Assembly (NCBI GenBank): GCA_050952625.1
Contig: JBMNLH010000001.1
Span: forward strand, 192,001-256,000
Length of the DNA stretch: 64,000 nt
From: Bacillota bacterium
GTDB lineage: Bacteria > Bacillota > Ch66 > Ch109
Reading direction: 5' to 3'
Under the pieces are notes generated by a model. The model saw nothing but the letters and a program-made list of their open reading frames with translations, made no database searches and was not told where the DNA came from. Each line of letters begins with the position of its first letter. Position 1 is the first letter of the stretch. The translations under genes were made by a program, and so were the position numbers. Shown here piece by piece: positions 58,021 through 64,000 of the stretch.

Positions 58021-58437
58021 ATGGAAATTATCAGGAGAAATACCGACTATGCGATTCGGGCCCTAGTTCATCTGGCAATTAATCTGGGACAAGTTGTCAG
58101 TGCTGGGGAGATCGCGGCTAGTCAGGAAGTACCGATTGACTTTCTGCAAAAAATTTTACAGAAGTTTGTTCGCCAAGGGTTGGTTCAATCCCATCGGGGG
58201 ATTCAGGGAGGTTTTTCTTTAAGCCGAGACCCTAGTCAAGTAACTGTGTTGGAAATAGTGGAGATCATGCAGGGAAAACTGGTCATGAACCGTTGTTTTT
58301 TGGGGAAGGATGGCTGTCCGCGCGCCCCTAAGTGCGCTCTCAAGCAGAACTGGTTGGACCTTGAACAACAACTGGTTGATTCACTGGCCGGAATCACGCT
58401 GCAGGACCTGGCAAATCAGCTTCAGGGACTTGATTAA
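58021..58437 (+). CDS. Rrf2-family Fe-S transcriptional regulator
   Basis: TDYAIRAL and SHRGIQGGF motifs; three C-terminal Cys. Confidence 0.92.
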   Translation: MEIIRRNTDYAIRALVHLAINLGQVVSAGEIAASQEVPIDFLQKILQKFVRQGLVQSHRGIQGGFSLSRDPSQVTVLEIVEIMQGKLVMNRCFLGKDGCPRAPKCALKQNWLDLEQQLVDSLAGITLQDLANQLQGLD

Positions 58438-58859
58438 AAACACGTTGCAAAATATGATGATTGGCGGGGGGTGGTGAATTATCGGTTGGTAGTGAACCAA
58501 TTTTAGTGAATAACCAGTTAGTAAATAACCCGTTTACAGTTGTTTATGCTGTTTTCATTAGTGGTTGTGCCCCTTCGGGGCATGGGCGTTAATACAAAAG
58601 TAGGTTATTAAGTATCGTGTCGTTGCTATGAATATAACCATTTATTCGTTAATCGTGGTGCGGGCAACGCGTGATAATCATAAGCGAAGCGAAGAATTCT
58701 CCTCACTAAATATCGAGGGATAATATTTTGTCGAAAACAAGACTATATTTGTCCATTATTGAGATTAATGCCGGAAATAGGCATAAGAAAACGGTAAGTC
58801 ATTTCGGTAAAATTCGGTGAATCGTTAACGGCGAATTAATAAAGAAGGAGGATGTAACT

Positions 58860-60143
58860 ATGTTCTGTTACCAGTGTGAACAGACGGCCGGGGGAACTGG
58901 CTGTACTAAAGTAGGGGTTTGTGGCAAGAATGAGGATATAGCCAGCTTGCAGGATACCTTGATTATTGCCCTGAAAGGCATCGCAGCTTATGCCTACCAC
59001 GCCCGGGAACTAGGGGCTTGGGACGAACAGGTAGACGCATTTCTGGCTGAAGGTCTTTTCACCACCCTAACCAACGTGAATTTTAACCTGGATAGCCACA
59101 TTGACTTGCTGCTCAAGGCTGGAGCAGTGAACCTTCGGGCCATGCAAGTTCTGGACAAGGCTAATGTAGATCGCTTTGGCGTTCCAGAACCAACGCCGGT
59201 CGCGGTCGGCACCAAAGCAGGCCCGGGCATCCTGGTGACCGGGCATGACTACCTTGATCTCTATGAGTTGCTCAAACAGACTGAAGGAAAAGGGATCAAC
59301 GTTTATACTCACGGAGAGATGCTGCCGGCACTGGGCTACCCGGAATTGAAAAAATTCCCGCATTTGGTGGGTAACTATGGAACTGCCTGGCAAAACCAAC
59401 GAAAGGAGTTTGAAGCCTTCTCCGGTGCGATCCTGGGGACCACTAACTGTGTGCTGATTCCTAAAGACTCCTACCGGGAGCGGATGTTCACTTGCGGTAT
59501 CGCGGATCTGCCCGGTGTCCTGCACATCAAAGACCGTGACTTTACGCCGGTGATTGAGAAAGCCCTAGCTTTGCCGCCGCTGCCGGAAGAACCCGGACCA
59601 AGGACCGTCACCGGTTTCCACCAGCAAGTCGTACTGGGTTTGGCCGACAAAATAATCGCTGCCATTAAAGCCGGTAAGATTCGGCATTTCTTCCTGGTTG
59701 GTGGTTGTGACGGGGCGAAATCAGGCCGGAATTATTACACTGATTTCGTTAAGCAGATACCTCAGGACTGCGTGGTCCTCACGCTGGGCTGTGGCAAGTA
59801 TCGCTTTAACTATCTTGACCTGGGTGAGATCGACGGAATTCCACGGCTCATCGATCTGGGGCAGTGCAACAATGCCTACTCCGCGATTCGGATCGCCGGT
59901 GCCCTGGCCGAGGCCTTTGACTGTACCGTCAATGACTTGCCGCTAAGCTTGGTGATTTCCTGGTTTGAACAAAAAGCGGTCTCGATCCTGCTGACCTTGC
60001 TGCACCTGGGGATTAAAAACATTCGGCTTGGTCCCAGCCTGCCAGCTTTCATTACGCCGAATGTGCTCAAAGTCCTGCAGGAAAACTATAACCTCCAGCC
60101 CATTACGACTCCGGCGGAGGACTTAAAAGCTATTCTAGGATAA
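58860..60143 (+). CDS. hcp: Hybrid cluster protein (hydroxylamine reductase), short form
   Basis: MFCYQCEQT...GVCGK, THGEMLP, GGCDG, GQCN and SWFEQKA motifs. Confidence 0.95.
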   Translation: MFCYQCEQTAGGTGCTKVGVCGKNEDIASLQDTLIIALKGIAAYAYHARELGAWDEQVDAFLAEGLFTTLTNVNFNLDSHIDLLLKAGAVNLRAMQVLDKANVDRFGVPEPTPVAVGTKAGPGILVTGHDYLDLYELLKQTEGKGINVYTHGEMLPALGYPELKKFPHLVGNYGTAWQNQRKEFEAFSGAILGTTNCVLIPKDSYRERMFTCGIADLPGVLHIKDRDFTPVIEKALALPPLPEEPGPRTVTGFHQQVVLGLADKIIAAIKAGKIRHFFLVGGCDGAKSGRNYYTDFVKQIPQDCVVLTLGCGKYRFNYLDLGEIDGIPRLIDLGQCNNAYSAIRIAGALAEAFDCTVNDLPLSLVISWFEQKAVSILLTLLHLGIKNIRLGPSLPAFITPNVLKVLQENYNLQPITTPAEDLKAILG

Positions 60144-60205
60144 GTTCAGGTTCACAGAAGTCTGTTGCTTTCATTTCGTTAATTCAAAATAGTTTTTAGT
60201 ATCGT

Positions 60206-60276
60206 GTCATTCTGAGCGAAGCGAAGAAACCTTCCCACGTTGAGAAGTAAGATCTTTCGCTAACGCTCAGGATGAC
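60206..60276. repeat. REP-like palindromic element
   Basis: tgtcattctgagcgaagcgaag ... ttcgctaacgctcaggatgaca inverted arms. Confidence 0.7.
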
Positions 60277-60635
60277 ATATGTTTACTATTTTCATAGGTG
60301 GTTATGTCCTGAAGGCATGGGTAGTTAGTAAAGCAATATTTATGTTAAAATAGATATGTTTTTACTGTGGTGTAGTTATTAGAGAAGCCGGTGTGTTGTT
60401 ATTCCTAAAAATATTCAAACCACCGGCTTGTCCTTAATCTAAATTGCCGGATAGAGTCGGCTTTGAAACAGCTAAACTGCTTAGCTTCTTTTCCGCAAGA
60501 CTTATACTGATTTATGTGTTGATCGTGGTTTTTCTTTCTGATGCTGCTTAGCCGCATATAAGGCACTGTTTCGAAAAAGCGTTATTAACTTTGAAGGACT
60601 CTGGATACTATGATTAAGGAAATTAAGGGGTGGTT

Positions 60636-61154
60636 ATGTTGCAGTGGACCGAGGAGGCCTTGCAGGAAATTGAAAAGGTGCCCTTTTTTGTGCGGAAGAT
60701 GGCTAGAAAAGCGGTTGAAAGCGAGGTTACCAAGGCCGGGAGAACTGAGATCACTGTAGAAGATGTTCGGACCGCTCGGGAGAAGTACATTAAATTTGCC
60801 GAATCAGAACGCAGTTCAAGTAAGAAATCCACCAAAATTGCGGTTGTCCGTTGTGAAACGGTTTCCGAGGTCTGCCCGGGGGTTGCCTGTTTTAAAGCCT
60901 TTAACCAGCGAAAACTGGCTTTTAAAGAATACGGTCCGAATACCGAAATGATTGGTTTTTTCACCTGTGGTGGCTGCTCCGGACGCCGGGTTTCCCGATT
61001 AGTCGAAAAGCTGGTTAAACATGGGCTGGATGTCGTCCACCTTTCGTCATGCATGCTGTTAGATGGGGATTACCCTAGCTGCCCGCACCGGGATCAGATT
61101 AAACAAAGCATTGAAAAAAAAGGAATAAAGGTGGTCGAAGGAACACACCATTGA
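60636..61154 (+). CDS. CGGC-domain protein with N-terminal PCP_red-like domain
   Basis: WTEEALQEIEKVPFFVRK; CPGVAC, TCGGC, HLSSC and GTHH motifs. Confidence 0.88.
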   Translation: MLQWTEEALQEIEKVPFFVRKMARKAVESEVTKAGRTEITVEDVRTAREKYIKFAESERSSSKKSTKIAVVRCETVSEVCPGVACFKAFNQRKLAFKEYGPNTEMIGFFTCGGCSGRRVSRLVEKLVKHGLDVVHLSSCMLLDGDYPSCPHRDQIKQSIEKKGIKVVEGTHH

Positions 61155-61307
61155 TTTGAGGCTCAGGGGGAGTCTGATGATCCAGAGAAAATTAAGGGCG
61201 TCAGCTTCTTGTCTTGTAATAGCGTAAGCAGTTATTAGGCAATGAATCCTTGAAACAGGAATTCTTTGGGTTTTTGTCTATGAAGAAAGGAATGGAGCAG
61301 ATACTCG

Positions 61308-61979
61308 GTGTCAAGAGTGATGGTTTTTGCGCCCCATCCCGATGATGATTTGATCGGTTGCGGGGGTAGCATAGTTAAGCACCTTCAATGCGGGAATACA
61401 GTTACGGTTGTTTATCTGACTTCCGGGGAGTCAGGTAGTTTAAAGTACAGCAAAACAGAACTGGCTCAAATTCGTGAAGCCGAAGCAGTCCGCGCCGCCA
61501 CGCTACTCGGCCTCACGGACATAATATTTCTGCGAAACCCTGACGGCTACCTGGAATTTAACCGGGATAACCTGATCCGGATCACCGGTCTAATCAGAGA
61601 TAAACAACCGAACATTGTCTATTTACCCCACAACCAGGATTTGCACAAGGACCACCTCCGAACCAATGAACTGGTGCTTGAAGCTTGCAATCGGGCAGTC
61701 GGTCCCTGGTTTCAGGAGTGTACCGGTGAGCCCTGGTCTGTGGATACTATCCTAGGTTATGAAGTCTGGACGCCGTTAATCAATGTTTCTTACGTTGAAG
61801 ACATTACTCCTTACCTGGAACAAAAAATTGCCGCCCTGCGTTTGCATGAATCCCAACTTCAAGATATCCAATACGACGAAGCGGTTCGGAGCTTAAACCG
61901 GTATCGAGGGATCATGACTGGTAAGGGCCAGTATTGTGAGTGCTTCCAGATTCTTAAAGTGAGTGAATTATATGGATAA
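61308..61979 (+). CDS. PIG-L/LmbE-family N-acetylsugar deacetylase
   Basis: APHPDDD, HKDH and HESQ motifs. Confidence 0.9.
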   Translation: MSRVMVFAPHPDDDLIGCGGSIVKHLQCGNTVTVVYLTSGESGSLKYSKTELAQIREAEAVRAATLLGLTDIIFLRNPDGYLEFNRDNLIRITGLIRDKQPNIVYLPHNQDLHKDHLRTNELVLEACNRAVGPWFQECTGEPWSVDTILGYEVWTPLINVSYVEDITPYLEQKIAALRLHESQLQDIQYDEAVRSLNRYRGIMTGKGQYCECFQILKVSELYG

Positions 61980-63045
61980 GAATAAGTTGCTGATGATCAC
62001 ACCCTTCTCCAAGAGCCAGCGGGGCAACAGTCTGACGGTCGCCAGGCTTCGTCATGGCTTACAGGGGAGGGGTTTTTTAGTGGAGGTATTATCTTTGGAG
62101 GAATCAGCTTGGCAAAGGTCATTAACCGCTATGACCCGGGAAAAACAGTACGTTTTGATCCACGGTTTTCATGGCTACTATTTTGGGCAGGTGTTGGCAA
62201 AAGTACCTGAGATAAAACAATTTCCTCTAATCTTAACTGCTACCGGCACTGACCTGAATTACTACTTGAACTTAACCGGAACAGAGGTTAACCTGGTTTA
62301 TCATGCCTTCCGGGCGGCTAATAAAATCGTCGTCTTTAATGAAGAATTTAACGAAATGCTTCGGAGCTTAGACTCAGATCTAGCTGCTAAGCTAATTACC
62401 ATCCCTCAAGGAGTGTGTCTGCCGGGTGATAAATCTGGCAACTTAAGCCGGAATAAATCCAGCCAACGCTGGGATCTGCGATTGACTGAGGAAAATATTG
62501 TGTTTGTCATGCCCAGCGGTCTAAGAAAAATAAAAAACATTGAATTGGCGATCAATGCTTTAGAGAAAGTCCATGCAGATTTCCCTCAAATTCGGTTAGT
62601 GTTGCTGGGGGCAGTAATCGAGGCAGACTACTATGGCAGCCTGCTAAAACGAATCAAGGAACTTGAATGGGTCAGTTATCTTGGTGAAGTTCCCCATGAT
62701 GAAGTCAGAAGTATCCTGTCATTGGGGGACATTGTCTTGAATACCTCTGATTCTGAGGGCCAGCCTCAGGGTGCCCTGGAGGCGATGAGTCTGGGCCTGC
62801 CGGCCATCCTGTCAGCGGTCCCCGGCAACTTGAATCTGATAGAAGCGGGAGTAGAGGGTTTTTACATCCGGACTGAAAAAGAGTTAATTGAGGCAGCCAA
62901 GACCCTAATCAACAATCCTAGTTTAAGGAAACAAATGGGTGCAGCGGCCAGGAGGCTGGTTGAGGCCAGGTTTAGCGTCAAAAAGGAGTTGGCTGCCTAC
63001 AGCGAGCTATACCACCAACTTCTAGCGTATAGGCCAAAGCAGTGA
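61963..63045 (+). CDS. GT4-family glycosyltransferase (SenB/GLT1D1-like N-terminus)
   Basis: ITP...GNSLTVAR, TGTDL, SDSEGQPQGALEAM (Ex7E); overlaps the deacetylase gene. Confidence 0.85.
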   Translation: MNYMDKNKLLMITPFSKSQRGNSLTVARLRHGLQGRGFLVEVLSLEESAWQRSLTAMTREKQYVLIHGFHGYYFGQVLAKVPEIKQFPLILTATGTDLNYYLNLTGTEVNLVYHAFRAANKIVVFNEEFNEMLRSLDSDLAAKLITIPQGVCLPGDKSGNLSRNKSSQRWDLRLTEENIVFVMPSGLRKIKNIELAINALEKVHADFPQIRLVLLGAVIEADYYGSLLKRIKELEWVSYLGEVPHDEVRSILSLGDIVLNTSDSEGQPQGALEAMSLGLPAILSAVPGNLNLIEAGVEGFYIRTEKELIEAAKTLINNPSLRKQMGAAARRLVEARFSVKKELAAYSELYHQLLAYRPKQ

Positions 63046-63149
63046 AGAATCTTGACGGTATCCTGTTCATACTCTGTTAGTGTCGCCACGCGGCCTCGGG
63101 GCTACTTTGTGTATTCATTTTCTGATGGTGCTGTTAGCGGCATGGGGGT

Positions 63150-63854
63150 CTATTTTACCCTAGTTACTGCCGTTTTTTTCTTATTTAGATAGTAGCCGAT
63201 AGCAAGGACCAGGATTAACGTGATGACCGGGACGATAATCTCGAAGAAGGGAATGAAGCAGCCTGCCTCACGTAAAATAATTGGATCTTCGGCGATCATC
63301 CGGCCGCCAGTCCAGGCTAATACTCCGCCCCCAAGGTAAATGATAAATGGAAAACTTTCCATCAACCGCAGAATAAAGGTACTTCCCCACACAATTATCG
63401 GAATGCTAATTGCCAGCCCAAACATAACCATTAGTATGCTGCCGCGGGCTGCTCCCGCTATCGCGATGACATTATCAATCCCCATAAAGAGATCAGCCAA
63501 AATGATAATTCTAATGGCATCTAGGATATTCTTACCGGATTTTATTCCGCCGGCTTTGTCGGTCCCGTCTTGATTATCGTTTAACAACAGCTTAAACGCA
63601 ATCCAGACTAGCATTAATCCCCCGATAAATTGTAATAACGGTATGTTTAACAGATAGAGGGCTGCAGCGGTTAAGGAAACTCGGACTCCTACTGCCCCTA
63701 CTGTTCCCCAGATAATGGCGGTCTTTCGTTGTTCCGGTGGAAGCGATTTAGCCGCCAGGGCAATGACTATCGCATTATCGCCTCCTAATACCAGGTCTAT
63801 CACGACAATGCTAAACAGGGCAACAATTGTTTCGGTACCAGTCAAAATAAACAA
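63150..63854 (-). CDS. TerC-family (YjbE-like) membrane protein
   Basis: DLVLGGDNAIVIA and DLFMGIDNVIAIAG repeats. Confidence 0.92.
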   Translation of the reverse strand: MFILTGTETIVALFSIVVIDLVLGGDNAIVIALAAKSLPPEQRKTAIIWGTVGAVGVRVSLTAAALYLLNIPLLQFIGGLMLVWIAFKLLLNDNQDGTDKAGGIKSGKNILDAIRIIILADLFMGIDNVIAIAGAARGSILMVMFGLAISIPIIVWGSTFILRLMESFPFIIYLGGGVLAWTGGRMIAEDPIILREAGCFIPFFEIIVPVITLILVLAIGYYLNKKKTAVTRVK

Positions 63855-64000
63855 CTCCTATTTGTTGCTTGCGTTATAACTTGGTTCCAACCCCTTCTTA
63901 ACGTCGTTCCGGCTTCTCTCTAGATTATATTCATAATGCTATTCAACAGTCCAAGATAAACCTTCAAGCTCGTGCAGCATTCTCTTGTATTGACGCCTTT

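Noticed and set aside
4064-60070. Numerous antisense and alternate-frame ORFs in the ORF track (for example 4064-4630, 27493-28026, 42694-43293, 45264-45866, 59067-59525)
   Set aside because: They are shadows of well-supported genes on the other strand or frame, with no motifs or SDs
63150-63854. TerC-family gene as the missing member of the ter cluster
   Set aside because: About 20 kb away, on the opposite strand, and of the stand-alone YjbE type

Overview
A 64 kb chromosomal window from an anaerobic, spore-forming Firmicute (Clostridia/Peptococcaceae-like; inferred from ytrHI, SigH-type promoters, a clostridial agr locus and hcp). The left 25 kb is an accessory mosaic. It holds an RND transporter end, two convergent type II toxin-antitoxin pairs, a GHL10 cell-surface hydrolase, rplY/ctc, an arsR-trx-arsM-arsP operon and a small tyrosine recombinase. 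It also holds an agr quorum-sensing locus (unannotated agrD, frameshifted sensor-membrane gene), an orphan PAS kinase, arcC, yedF, feoA/split feoB/DtxR-family regulator, an amidase, ytrHI and a glutaredoxin that probably ends in selenocysteine. From 25.7 to 56.8 kb all genes run on the + strand as a stress/defence super-locus: P-type ATPase, five TerD-domain genes, the ter-associated lyase/PRTase/StiP/HAD module, AIM24, DUF4236-TPR, a TerY-PP2C-kinase triad, a type III-order Wadjet system (jetDABC), a decayed MNT-HEPN pair and an EndoQ-UvrD fusion. The right end has an Fe-S protein, Rrf2-hcp, a CGGC protein, a PIG-L deacetylase with a SenB-like GT4, and a TerC-family protein. Non-coding highlights: the same four-way-junction leader RNA precedes both rplY and the ter operon (one copy carries a 180-nt structured insert); seven copies of an IS200/IS605-type miniature element; an orphan TnpB omega-RNA-like right end just upstream of jetD; several REP-like families; and a 66-bp duplication bracketing the rplY-ars segment. 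JetC and EndoQ-UvrD both end in beta-clamp-binding-like motifs. All calls come from reading the sequence and recalling family motifs; no searches were run.
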